This document shows positions 26,329 through 35,818 of a stretch of DNA of 64,000 nt, piece by piece. The stretch is from positions 4,054-68,053 of the forward strand of contig DATLSS010000025.1 in NCBI GenBank assembly GCA_035534035.1, read 5' to 3'. The stretch's first letter is position 1. Every line of letters starts with the position of its first letter. Made by a program: the position numbers and the translations under genes. The notes beneath the pieces are model-generated. The model did not search any database and was not told the origin of the DNA. It saw nothing but the letters and a program-made list of their open reading frames with translations. Source of the DNA: Candidatus Acidiferrales bacterium (GTDB lineage Bacteria > Acidobacteriota > Terriglobia > Acidiferrales > UBA7541).

Positions 26329-27417
26329 CTATTCGTAGGCGAGCGCCTCGACGGGATCCTTCCGGCTCGCAATCCACGCCGGGTAGGAAGCGCCGACCCA
26401 GCCGCCAATCATGGCAATGGCCGCTGCGCGCAGCAACCACAACGGCGCCACCACAATCGTGAGTGTGGGAAATGCAGCGAGGAACAGCCAGCGCACGGTA
26501 TAGCTCATCGCCACTCCCAGGAGAATTCCGGCGAGGCACAGCGCGGTGGTTTCGCTGAGAATCACGCGCACAATATATCCCCGCGAAGCACCCAGCGATT
26601 TCAGCACGCCGATTTCACGCGTGCGCTCGATGATAGTGGTGTACATCGAGAGCAGAATCACAAGGAAACCAATTCCCGCCGCCAGCATGATCATCGAGCG
26701 AATGAATGTTTGCAGGCCGGGGAGATTCGACGAAGTCATCAGCGACAAATAATCGCGCAACGGGCGCACTTCGTAATGCGGCAGCAGCTGGCTGATTGCG
26801 CCGATCACTTTCGTTGTTTGTTCCGGGTGATCGCAGCGGATGAAAAACACAGAGGCTTTGTCGCGCGCTCCCGACAATTCCTGCAGCGTGGACATCAGCA
26901 CAAACAGCCGTGCGCCTTTTCCATGCTCGACAATTCCCGCAACGTGAAAATCGTGGCCGAGTATGTGGAGCGTCTGGCCAACTTTTACTTTACGGCCCTT
27001 GGCGTACCAGTCGTCCACGAGAATATCGTTCGCGTCCTGCAAATCGTGGCCGTCGTGAAACACAAATCCGCCAGAAACCTCACGGAAACTTTCCGGATCG
27101 ATTCCGTAGATGATGTCGAGACCGTTTGTGGAATTAAATTGGAGCAGCACGGGCGCGACGGCACGGACATTCTTTATTTGCGCAAGCTTCTGACCGATTT
27201 CAATCGGCATCGGCGCGCCGCTGAAGGCCATGAATATGGATGCGGATGGCGGTTGCACCATAATATCCGCGCCAATTCCTTCAATTCGTTTGGCTGTGTC
27301 GGAGAGCATGCCGCTGGTCAGCCCGACCACGATCAAAACGAGGGTCACTTCGATGGCCACGGCAATGATGGTGATGCACGTTCGAATCGGACGGTACATC
27401 ACGTTTCGCAAAATCAT
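26329..27417 (-). CDS. ABC transporter permease, FtsX/MacB/LolCE family
   Basis: Has the sequence TM1, a roughly 200-aa periplasmic domain, then three C-terminal TM helices with the FtsX-type [11 protein letters not shown] motif. The start is ATG 27417 or TTG 27429. Confidence 0.85.
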   Translation of the reverse strand: MILRNVMYRPIRTCITIIAVAIEVTLVLIVVGLTSGMLSDTAKRIEGIGADIMVQPPSASIFMAFSGAPMPIEIGQKLAQIKNVRAVAPVLLQFNSTNGLDIIYGIDPESFREVSGGFVFHDGHDLQDANDILVDDWYAKGRKVKVGQTLHILGHDFHVAGIVEHGKGARLFVLMSTLQELSGARDKASVFFIRCDHPEQTTKVIGAISQLLPHYEVRPLRDYLSLMTSSNLPGLQTFIRSMIMLAAGIGFLVILLSMYTTIIERTREIGVLKSLGASRGYIVRVILSETTALCLAGILLGVAMSYTVRWLFLAAFPTLTIVVAPLWLLRAAAIAMIGGWVGASYPAWIASRKDPVEALAYE

Positions 27418-27425
27418 GTGGCGGA

Positions 27426-28268
27426 TCAAGGCTGATTCCTGTCGCCGAGCTGAACGAGTTCGGTTCCCGGCGGTTGCGCGAGTTGAAATTTACCGCTCGC
27501 GATGGGCTGATTCAACGTCAATTGCGTGATTTGAATATCGAGCTGATACTCATCCTGTGGCCGCGCGAGCGAAATAGTTTTCGGATAATTCACGCCACCG
27601 TCGGACTGCCAATTGCCTGTGCGAATGTCAGAAACCAACTTGCCTCCGCGGCTATAGATTTGGATGCGCGCAATCTGCAAACTCGCGCGGTCAAACCATA
27701 TTTTACGGTCTAACTCCCATCCTTGCGCACCGCTCGCCGCCACTGTCAGCACATAATACCGGAACGGAAGCCTATCTGCTTCCTCAAGAAGCACATTTTC
27801 GTTTTGCGGAATTGGCGGCCAGATCAAAGCTTCGAAAAGATGCTGCGGGCGGAGATTCTCAATCGGCTTGGCCGCATTGCGTTGCAAATTCGTGGGACCT
27901 GTGATGAATTTGTTTTTTGAGGGAATGTAAATCCGGAACGTCTGGCCGTCGCTGGCCATGTCGAAGATGTCTTTTGCCACGACGGGCGCTTGGCCAATCA
28001 CGCGGATTGAGGCCGGCCGGGCCGCGAGGATGTATCCGTTAACTTCATGGTATTGCTCGATGACGCCGCTCAACGCGGATCCGGCCGCCGGAGACAGGCG
28101 CACCGAAGCGTTGAGGGTTTCGACGGCGGAAGCTTCGCGGTTGTAGAGCGCAACTAGCTCGGATTCTGTCGCGTGCTTTGCCGGCTGAATCGTCGCCGGA
28201 ACGGTAACCGTTTTCTTGCTGATTGCGCATCCCCCGGATAACAGAAGTGCCGAGCCTAGCGCCAGCAC
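27426..28268 (-). CDS. Lipoprotein with a LolA/LolB-like (DUF4292-like) body
   Basis: Has a lipobox-like LLLSGGC near the N-terminus and a beta-rich body. It is the first gene of the ABC operon. The true start is probably upstream (CTG 28292 or ATT 28286); see findings. Confidence 0.6.
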   Translation of the reverse strand: MLALGSALLLSGGCAISKKTVTVPATIQPAKHATESELVALYNREASAVETLNASVRLSPAAGSALSGVIEQYHEVNGYILAARPASIRVIGQAPVVAKDIFDMASDGQTFRIYIPSKNKFITGPTNLQRNAAKPIENLRPQHLFEALIWPPIPQNENVLLEEADRLPFRYYVLTVAASGAQGWELDRKIWFDRASLQIARIQIYSRGGKLVSDIRTGNWQSDGGVNYPKTISLARPQDEYQLDIQITQLTLNQPIASGKFQLAQPPGTELVQLGDRNQP

Positions 28269-28471
28269 ACTTCGAATAGGACGAATCCTCAGTGAACTCC
28301 CCCTTTGGACGGCAAAACCACGAATCTAGCAGCCGGGATTGGGAGTGTCAACGAAGGTGAGCCGGTGGTTTCCGGTTATGCCGTCATCCGAGAACCAGCC
28401 ATGAGCCTTGCGAGAGTGATCGAGGAACCAAAGGAAGCCACCGGCAACCGTAAGCTTTCTCTGAAATTTGT

Positions 28472-31132
28472 TCAGGCGGGGAGCGGCAGGCTCTGCGGTT
28501 GCGGCGTTGCGGAGGCCATGGAAACGAGGAGGGTCCTCAGCCGGGAACGGTCTTCAAGATCCATGCCGACCATTTCCACGCCGGCTCGATTGGGCTGCGC
28601 AAACCTGACCAGAACGTCCAAGTGAATCGGATGTTTGCCGGACGAAATCTGAAGATTGGCCGGCGTTCCCACAGACAGCTGAAAGTCTCCGCTGAGCAAG
28701 CCGCCTTCAAGACTGAGGATTTCGACAGCCGGCTGATAGGTGCCACGTTTCGATTGGATGACGGCGGGAACGGGCTGAGTCATCTTGATGCGCGGATAGC
28801 GGCGATAGCGTACGAAGTCGCGGTCGCGGCGCGCGTCAAGAGGCGCGAGGCTGAGCATGTGAGGATCCAGGCCGGATTCGGCGAGCAAGTTCCGTGCGTG
28901 CTCGGGTTCGAGTTTCTCGAGCGCCTGGGCCGCGGCGAGGCGCATCTCGTTGGGATAGGCCCAGCGCCAGGCGCGACGCCCTTCGATAAAACGCATGAGG
29001 TGAATGGCGGTGTCGGGTGCGCGAAGGCGGCCGAGAGCCTCAATGGCCTTGACACGCAAAAATTCGGAGCTGTTCTTGAGGAGATGGCCTTCGGCGAGAC
29101 GCACCAAGTCGGGGGCGACGCTGGCATCGCCACACATTCCGATTTCATCGAGAGCCATCGGCAAAATCATTTGGTCCATGCGTTCGACGATGCTCATCAA
29201 CATTCGGCCGCGCTCGGGAGCGGCAGCGATCGAAAGCTGGCGCAAAGCTTCGTCATGCGTAGCGCTCTGTCCCACCTGTATTTTCCCCGGCAACAATTCC
29301 TGCGCGCAAGCAGGATCGATGCGGCTCAACAGGCCCAAGACACGAATGCCATTCGCCGGAGGGGCGTTTTCGAGCGTTTGACACAAATGGTCTTGAGCTG
29401 GTTTGCCCAGCGCGCGCGCCATTGCGACCACTTGCTCGCGTTCGCCGGAACGCGTGACGCGCATCAGGCGGCTGGCGAGCTGTTCGGCGGCGGCGTGCGG
29501 CACATGGCGCAACACTTCGATTAATTCCGTGCGCAGGACTCCGCTCTTCAGTCCTTTTTCGATGAACCCCGGGATGCGGTTTTTGATCCCGATGCGCGGA
29601 CGCAGAGTGTGCGCCGAATCAGGCTGCGACTTGTCCAGGATTGCCAGGGTGTCAAACGCCTGGCGGAGCGCTGGAAGCAGAGTCTGCTCGGCGGCGACCT
29701 GGCTGAAGCGCACGAATGCAACGTTGAGCAATTCCCGCGCTTCCAAATCACGTTCAACGGCTAACTGTTCGCCGAGCGTCCGCACAGCTTCGTGCAAACG
29801 CTGGCCGGATGCGCGCGCGTATTGTTCGGCCATCTGCGTGAGTCCGATGGCGGATTTTTTCCGCGCTTCTGGTTCGCGATCGCGTACACATTTCACATAC
29901 TGCGTCAGGATCTTATCCGCGGCGGCGAAGTCGGGATTGCGAAAGAGAGTATCGACTGACTGCTGCACGCACTCCGGCGGCACGCACCAACTCTCCGACG
30001 AGAGCAGAACAGTTTGCTTTTCGGATTCCGGAAGGGAGGACCAAAAACGGCGGTCGAGAGCATCCGCGGGAATTTCGGCATGAAAGTTCGGCGAATTGCC
30101 AACCTTTGACGTCTTGCGTTCGCGCGCGCGGCGAATCTCGCGCAGGGGCGCGAGCGGGACGGCGAAGGTTTCCAGCAATGGCCGCACGGCACTCACTTTC
30201 AGATTGCCATGCTGGAAGCTTTCGAGCGTGTAACGAACGGCGAGACCTTCGGCAACGTGAAAAATTGCAGCGGCGTCCAATTTTTGTGAAGGCTGCGCGG
30301 CGTGCATCTCCGCAATGGCTTCGCGCAGGGCCGCACGCGAAGAAGCGGGAAGATTTACGATGCGCTGCTTCCATTCAGAAGCATCGGCAGCGCCGGGATG
30401 CTTGGGTTTATGCGCGGCCTTGCCCAAATTCGCGGTGAACTGCAACAGCGTTCGCATGTCTTCTTCTGAGTGCGTATAGGCAAGTGAATGGTTCGCGGAC
30501 AGGTGAACTGTGCCGAGAAGCTCTTCTCCGAAATGATAACCGGAACTTGAGCCGTTTCCGGAGTGCTCGGCTGCGGCAATCAGTGCGATGAGTTCTCCGG
30601 AGTCATGCAGGAAGTCGTGCGGATCTTCCGCGGGATGGACGGGAATTCGCACGGAGACATCGGAGGCCGCGGATTTAGCGTCGCCGGTGATAAAGCGAAG
30701 CTGATTGACGCGAATGCCAGAATCGGAACCGTCGCCCAAAGCAGCGTTCAAGCGCTTGGCAAGATGCGACGGCTTGAACGACGCCGCCGAAAACGTCTTC
30801 ACGAAGCGCGCGAAGGAATCGCGGCTGAGCCCAGGAGTGAAAGCGATGCTGGCGATATTGGCTTTTGTGAGCAATTGCGCAAGGCTGTGTTCGGCAGCCG
30901 TGGATTCGACCAGAACGCCGTCGATTAGAAGTTCTGTCCCGGAGATTCCCAGAAGAACCCCGGTAGGTCCGCCCGCGTCGAGCGCGGCGTATAAATCGTT
31001 CCAGGCGTATTCCATTTGGGCTGTGGTGCGGGCGTGGTGCAAACCGTAGAGGCGAGCGAACTTCAACAGTAGGTTCAAGCTATGAACGAAAGTCCCCGTA
31101 ACGGGACTCAAAGTATCGCTAGGGCTGGGCAT
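28472..31132 (-). CDS. Large (886 aa) cytoplasmic protein with HEAT-like repeats and a C-terminal PilZ-like domain
   Basis: The C-terminus has RYRRYPR...ILSLEGGLLSG plus a beta-barrel-like tail (PilZ-like). The central region has HEAT-like repeats (AIEALGRL..P....L; RLAAAQALEKL). The N-terminal 300 aa are unrecognised. Confidence 0.55.
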   Translation of the reverse strand: MPSPSDTLSPVTGTFVHSLNLLLKFARLYGLHHARTTAQMEYAWNDLYAALDAGGPTGVLLGISGTELLIDGVLVESTAAEHSLAQLLTKANIASIAFTPGLSRDSFARFVKTFSAASFKPSHLAKRLNAALGDGSDSGIRVNQLRFITGDAKSAASDVSVRIPVHPAEDPHDFLHDSGELIALIAAAEHSGNGSSSGYHFGEELLGTVHLSANHSLAYTHSEEDMRTLLQFTANLGKAAHKPKHPGAADASEWKQRIVNLPASSRAALREAIAEMHAAQPSQKLDAAAIFHVAEGLAVRYTLESFQHGNLKVSAVRPLLETFAVPLAPLREIRRARERKTSKVGNSPNFHAEIPADALDRRFWSSLPESEKQTVLLSSESWCVPPECVQQSVDTLFRNPDFAAADKILTQYVKCVRDREPEARKKSAIGLTQMAEQYARASGQRLHEAVRTLGEQLAVERDLEARELLNVAFVRFSQVAAEQTLLPALRQAFDTLAILDKSQPDSAHTLRPRIGIKNRIPGFIEKGLKSGVLRTELIEVLRHVPHAAAEQLASRLMRVTRSGEREQVVAMARALGKPAQDHLCQTLENAPPANGIRVLGLLSRIDPACAQELLPGKIQVGQSATHDEALRQLSIAAAPERGRMLMSIVERMDQMILPMALDEIGMCGDASVAPDLVRLAEGHLLKNSSEFLRVKAIEALGRLRAPDTAIHLMRFIEGRRAWRWAYPNEMRLAAAQALEKLEPEHARNLLAESGLDPHMLSLAPLDARRDRDFVRYRRYPRIKMTQPVPAVIQSKRGTYQPAVEILSLEGGLLSGDFQLSVGTPANLQISSGKHPIHLDVLVRFAQPNRAGVEMVGMDLEDRSRLRTLLVSMASATPQPQSLPLPA

Positions 31133-31272
31133 CCGGACCTCGGAATCTCTGGTTAATATGGTGCGCGTCCGCTCGGCCTATTGGAAATGGTACCGGGGTA
31201 CTAGTTGTTCATTCAGATAAGTGCCGCAGAGTGGCGCGGATCAGACTGATTACAGAGACAATGCGGGACGTC

Positions 31273-31830
31273 TCAAGCTGCGACGCGGACTTCGACTTTC
31301 AGGTTCGAGAGGACTGGACGGGCGCGGCGGACAATTTCGCTGGCCCAAAGCTGATTGCTTAGCACCACAACCGAGCCATTTTCCAGGTCACAAACAGCGC
31401 AGAAAAAATATGAGGGGTAAGCCGTATGGTAGGCGTCGACACCCCGGCGCGACAGTTCGTTTTCCAAGCCGGATTCTCCTGTTTCGACCGGGCCGCCCGC
31501 GCGCATGCCAAAGGTTTCGCGTTCAAATCGTTCGAGGAGCGGCGCGAGGGCTTCGGCACTGAGAGAAGAAAGCACAATTGAGCGTTTGGAGGCCTCTCGG
31601 TAAGCGATTTTGTGCGCGTCGCAGAATTCCCGAAGCGGCTCGAGGTGGCTGAAGAAGTCGAGCGACCATTTTTGTGCGCCAGCGATCGCTGGAAGCACGC
31701 GGCTCCAGATTTGCGCTGCCTCGGCTCCGCGCATCGGCTCGCGGTCTGGGCCTTCGATTTCGACCAATTCGATGCCCACGGCCTTGACGTCGGATCCCAA
31801 GTCCAGCGGTTCGACTTCCAGAACAGCCAT
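31273..31830 (-). CDS. Hypothetical protein (185 aa)
   Basis: The ORF has coding-like composition and is co-oriented with its neighbours. I recognise no motif. Confidence 0.5.
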   Translation of the reverse strand: MAVLEVEPLDLGSDVKAVGIELVEIEGPDREPMRGAEAAQIWSRVLPAIAGAQKWSLDFFSHLEPLREFCDAHKIAYREASKRSIVLSSLSAEALAPLLERFERETFGMRAGGPVETGESGLENELSRRGVDAYHTAYPSYFFCAVCDLENGSVVVLSNQLWASEIVRRARPVLSNLKVEVRVAA

Positions 31831-31841
31831 TGATTGAACCT

Positions 31842-32423
31842 CTATTCAATTTCAGCGTTCGCGACGTCATCCGCGTTGCGCTGTGGGAAGCGCTGCCGAA
31901 ATTCAGGCGTTTGCTTGCGAATTTCGAGCCAGTCGAAAAATGCGTCAGGCTGTTCGAGCCAAACCGCGAACCATCGCGAGACCTCTTCTTTTTCTCCGCG
32001 CTTCGCCGCATCGACTTTATGATTGCGGGCGATCATTTCGGCACGGCGCCGGCCGAGACGCGCGACCTCAAGGACGCGTGCCTCGGCTGCTCGTTCGCCC
32101 TCCGTTTCGAATTTGCGCAGCAGTTCGTCGAGCCGCACGAGGCACATTTCCGCATCTTCGAGCGTTGAGAAATGGAGCAAGTCGCGAAATTCTTCTTCGT
32201 AGCGGCCCCGCGTATCGCTGTGCGCGGAAAGTACGACGCGCATTCCAGCCTCGGCGAGAACGGTGGCGATATACTCGGCGGAAGTTTTTCCATGTTCACC
32301 CTTGTCGGCGATCAATCTGCGGCGAATCTGCTCGATTTCCGCCGGTGTGAACATCACTGCTTTCAGCTCGCGCGCCGCGCACAAAATCATTTGCTTTTTT
32401 GCGGGCGCTTTGGCTTGCGTCAT
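31842..32423 (-). CDS. Hypothetical protein (193 aa), translationally coupled to mltG
   Basis: Its ATG overlaps the mltG stop (ATGA at 32420-32423). It is helical and charged. I recognise no motif. Confidence 0.55.
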   Translation of the reverse strand: MTQAKAPAKKQMILCAARELKAVMFTPAEIEQIRRRLIADKGEHGKTSAEYIATVLAEAGMRVVLSAHSDTRGRYEEEFRDLLHFSTLEDAEMCLVRLDELLRKFETEGERAAEARVLEVARLGRRRAEMIARNHKVDAAKRGEKEEVSRWFAVWLEQPDAFFDWLEIRKQTPEFRQRFPQRNADDVANAEIE

Positions 32424-33589
32424 GGACGGCTCCGCGGTTTCTTTTTTAAGACACGTTTGTGTTTTGCACGCCGATTGGATGCAGGTTTCTTGTGCTGCGG
32501 CACCGGGGGCGGTTCGGCGGGCAAACCCTGAAGCAGGCGGCGGTAGCGGGCCACATTGCGATTATGCTCCTCGAGGGTGCTGCTGAAGAAATGGCCGCCC
32601 GAATCGTTGGCGACGAAATAGAGATACTTGGTGTGAGCCGGATCGATAACAGCGCGCAAAGATGCATCGCCTGGGTTGGCGATAGGCCCGGGCGGAAGGC
32701 CGCGGTGTAAGTATGTGTTGTAAGGCGAAGCGACGCGCAGGTCTTCAGGAGTCACCTTGAGAGTGGGCTTGCCTGCAAGATCGAGCGCGTACTGCACTGT
32801 GGGATCGCACTGAAGTGGCACACCGAGCTTCAGACGATTATAGAACACGCTGGCGACCATCGGGCGCTCCTGCGGCTGCGGTGTTTCGCGCTCGACGAGC
32901 GATGCCAGGGTGACGATTTGTTCGGGAGAAAGAGGCGCGACAGGCGAATCGTTCCCCGTTGCGGCGGAACGGTCCGACATAACTGGATCCGGGGTGGCCG
33001 TTGCGGGAGCGATGGCTTGTAGTTTGCTCCATTCTTCGCGGAACTGGTGCACCATGGTTGCGGCGATTTCTTCGGGTGTTGCGTTGCGCGAAAATTGATA
33101 CGTCGAAGGGAACAAGAATCCTTCGAGACTGGGCGCGCGCGGCGCAATATCGCGCACCGGCGAGGGATCGCGCGCCACGCGCAAAAAATCCTCCTTGGTG
33201 GCCAAACCCTGCCGCGCGAGTTCGTTGGCGATATCGAACATGGTCCAGCCTTCCGGCACGACAACGGTGTGAACGAAAATGTGGCCGCCGGCGATTTGTT
33301 CAAAAACTTGACGCGGAGTCATGGGCCGATTGAAAAGGTATTCCCCCGCCTGTAAGACGCGGCGCCGATGGCGAAGGCTGAGAGCAATGAACGCGACGCG
33401 GCTATGAATCACGCCATTTTGCTCGAGGAGGCTGGCGATATTCCAGCGCGGCGTGCCGCGAGGAATATCGACAAAAATCTGCGCCTGCGAATATCCGCGG
33501 TAGGGACGCGAGAGCTCACCTTGGAGCCAGACGCCGAGCGCGCCTGCGAGTACGAGTACTATGATGATTACGATTGCTGCCCGGCGCAT
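32420..33589 (-). CDS. mltG: Endolytic murein transglycosylase MltG (YceG family)
   Basis: Has an N-terminal TM helix and the YceG core (ASPYNTYLHRGLPPGPIANPG). It carries a basic C-terminal tail. Confidence 0.85.
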   Translation of the reverse strand: MRRAAIVIIIVLVLAGALGVWLQGELSRPYRGYSQAQIFVDIPRGTPRWNIASLLEQNGVIHSRVAFIALSLRHRRRVLQAGEYLFNRPMTPRQVFEQIAGGHIFVHTVVVPEGWTMFDIANELARQGLATKEDFLRVARDPSPVRDIAPRAPSLEGFLFPSTYQFSRNATPEEIAATMVHQFREEWSKLQAIAPATATPDPVMSDRSAATGNDSPVAPLSPEQIVTLASLVERETPQPQERPMVASVFYNRLKLGVPLQCDPTVQYALDLAGKPTLKVTPEDLRVASPYNTYLHRGLPPGPIANPGDASLRAVIDPAHTKYLYFVANDSGGHFFSSTLEEHNRNVARYRRLLQGLPAEPPPVPQHKKPASNRRAKHKRVLKKKPRSRP

Positions 33590-33595
33590 CGTGAT

Positions 33596-34078
33596 TTAGT
33601 CCTTTTCCTTTACAGATTCGGGTTGGCGATTTTCTTCGAGATAGTCACGCAAAAGTATCGCGGCGGCCACGGAATCGACGTACCTTTTTGTGCGCGGGCG
33701 GGCGACATTTCCCTTCAGAGTTTGTTCCGCATCCCAGCTTGTTAGTCTTTCATCTCTCAGCTCGACCGGCAAGCCGAGTTCTTTCTTGATGCGCACGGCA
33801 AAACGCGAGGCTTCTTCAGCCATTTCCCCGGAGTGCCCGGCGAGATGCAAAGGCAAGCCAACGATGATCCGACTGATCTTGTATTTCCGCGCGATGTCCC
33901 GGAGGAGACGGATGCCTTGCTGACGATTTTTTCTTTCGAGCGTAGGAAGAGGCGCCGCGGTGATTCCCAGCTCATCGGAGACGGCGAGGCCGATGCGGCG
34001 GCGGCCGTAATCGATCGCCAGGATGCGCGCGGGCGCCGGCTCAGGAGGGACTGAGGAGTTTGGCTGGGAGGAAGCCAT
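33596..34078 (-). CDS. ruvX: Putative pre-16S rRNA nuclease / Holliday-junction-resolvase-like RuvX (YqgF)
   Basis: Contains ILAIDYGRRRIGLAVSD...VGLPL. The ruvX-mltG pairing is conserved. Confidence 0.85.
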   Translation of the reverse strand: MASSQPNSSVPPEPAPARILAIDYGRRRIGLAVSDELGITAAPLPTLERKNRQQGIRLLRDIARKYKISRIIVGLPLHLAGHSGEMAEEASRFAVRIKKELGLPVELRDERLTSWDAEQTLKGNVARPRTKRYVDSVAAAILLRDYLEENRQPESVKEKD

Positions 34079-34173
34079 GCACCAATATTATAGCCCGCAT
34101 AGGACGGCGCCTGGAAAATCACGCATTCGTGGGTTACAAGCCAGACATGCGGCGAATCAGCGCAGAGCGCGGC

Positions 34174-35739
34174 TCACGGTTGGCGTCCGCGCTTGCCATC
34201 GACCCACATTGGCCAGAAACCGGTCTCCTTCATTTCTTTTTCGAGACCGGTGTTGCTCATCAGTTGTTCGATCTGCTTGCGAGATTGGCGCACGCCCAGC
34301 CGCTGCGGCAGGTCTGCGACCGCGTATGCCGTAACCGCCGCAATGGCTTCATTGCGCTTGAGCTGAGCGAAATCGACTTTGTCGTAGGTATCGGAAGCGG
34401 CGTGGTAATTCGTCATATAGTCGTCAGGTTCTTGATTGGCGACGAGCGTCGGCACGCCTTCGAGCAGGAAATCAAAATTGTCCGTGCCTATGTCGGCGTC
34501 GAACGTATTGTCGAATGGACCAAACGATGCGAGGGGGCTGAGGGCTTGCGCAACATTTGCGGCAATGTCTTTTCGACCGCCTAGAGAATAACCCGTGATC
34601 TTGCCGTCGCCCGAATCAAAAATGATTGCCGCGTCCATGTGATCGAGCTCTTGACGATGCGCGAACGCATACGCCCACGAGCCCAGCATGCCCTGCTCTT
34701 CACCCGTGAAAAGCACGAAACGAATCGAGCGCCTGGGAATGGAGCCGGAAGCGCGAATGGCGCGCGCCGCGTCAATCACCATCGCTGCGTTGCAGCCATC
34801 GTCGAGCGCGCCCGTGCCCAGATCCCACGAATCGAGGTGCGCGCCGAGAATCACGAATTCGTTCGGTTTCTCGCTGCCGCGAATTTCGGCAACAACGTTT
34901 TCGGAGGGTGCGCGTTCCGTAATCTTGTTGGGCATGTCGAGATGAACTTTCACCGGCTGGCCCGCTGCGATGAAGCGCGCCATGCGCATGGCATCTTCGC
35001 GCGCGAGGACCGCCTGAGGCAGACGCTCGAGCTCGCCGGTGAGCGAGAGATTGTGGCGATAGAGCAGCATGTAGGGGCGCGTCGACATCCAGAAGATGGC
35101 CACGGCGCCTGCGTTTACAGCGCGGTCAATCATGGCAGGCTCGAAATAATACTCGTTCATCAAATCGTCCCAGGTTTTCAGGACGTTTGTATGGACGAGC
35201 ACGATGGCGCCTTTCGCCGACTCACCGGCATGCTTGAATCCGGCATCGTCGCCCATTCCGACGTCCACCACGTTTGCCGTGAGACCGCCCGGCGGCGTGG
35301 GAGGCGACCAGCCAATCGAAACGAGGCGCACGGGAAACGGCCGGGGAGCGAGAACGTGGAGACGGGTATGACCCTCCGACCAGCCCACAGGCACGGTGAA
35401 ATTTTCCGTAAGCACCTGGTCAACGCCGGCGGCGCGAAACGCGTGCACGGCCCAATCGATGGCCTTTTCCGCAGCAGGAGTACCCGTAACGCGGCCGCCA
35501 ACAACATCGGTCAATTGGCGCAGGCTGCTTTCAAGCGCAGAAGGGCCAAGAGCTTTCTTGATGATGTCCGGGGCGACCTCGGCACACGGCTTATTGATGA
35601 CGCACGCGCCCGTTCCTTGGGGCATTTTAGGTTCGAGCGGCTTGGGTGCCGGCGGAAATTGAGCAGCGGCGGCGGACGCAAGAATCGCCACACCAAGCAA
35701 AACCGATGCGGGAAAATGTGCGATGCGGCGGGACATCAT
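34174..35739 (-). CDS. Exported M28-family aminopeptidase with PA domain
   Basis: ATG 35739 follows GGAGGA and gives the signal peptide MMSRRIAHFPASVLLGVAILASAAAAQ. The metal-site motifs are LGAHLDSWDLGTGALDDG and FTGEEQGMLGS. Confidence 0.8.
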   Translation of the reverse strand: MMSRRIAHFPASVLLGVAILASAAAAQFPPAPKPLEPKMPQGTGACVINKPCAEVAPDIIKKALGPSALESSLRQLTDVVGGRVTGTPAAEKAIDWAVHAFRAAGVDQVLTENFTVPVGWSEGHTRLHVLAPRPFPVRLVSIGWSPPTPPGGLTANVVDVGMGDDAGFKHAGESAKGAIVLVHTNVLKTWDDLMNEYYFEPAMIDRAVNAGAVAIFWMSTRPYMLLYRHNLSLTGELERLPQAVLAREDAMRMARFIAAGQPVKVHLDMPNKITERAPSENVVAEIRGSEKPNEFVILGAHLDSWDLGTGALDDGCNAAMVIDAARAIRASGSIPRRSIRFVLFTGEEQGMLGSWAYAFAHRQELDHMDAAIIFDSGDGKITGYSLGGRKDIAANVAQALSPLASFGPFDNTFDADIGTDNFDFLLEGVPTLVANQEPDDYMTNYHAASDTYDKVDFAQLKRNEAIAAVTAYAVADLPQRLGVRQSRKQIEQLMSNTGLEKEMKETGFWPMWVDGKRGRQP

Positions 35740-35818
35740 CCGATATTCCTCCAGGTCTCGCGAAACTGATTCGTTCATCTTAACGGCATGCCGCGATGAT
35801 TCCCAACGCGTTTCCCCA

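Noticed and set aside
25885-27435. A 516-aa plus-strand ORF across the ABC ATPase and permease genes.
   Set aside because: It is antisense to genes with Walker and FtsX motifs. The product is Arg/His/Gln-rich with no domain signature.
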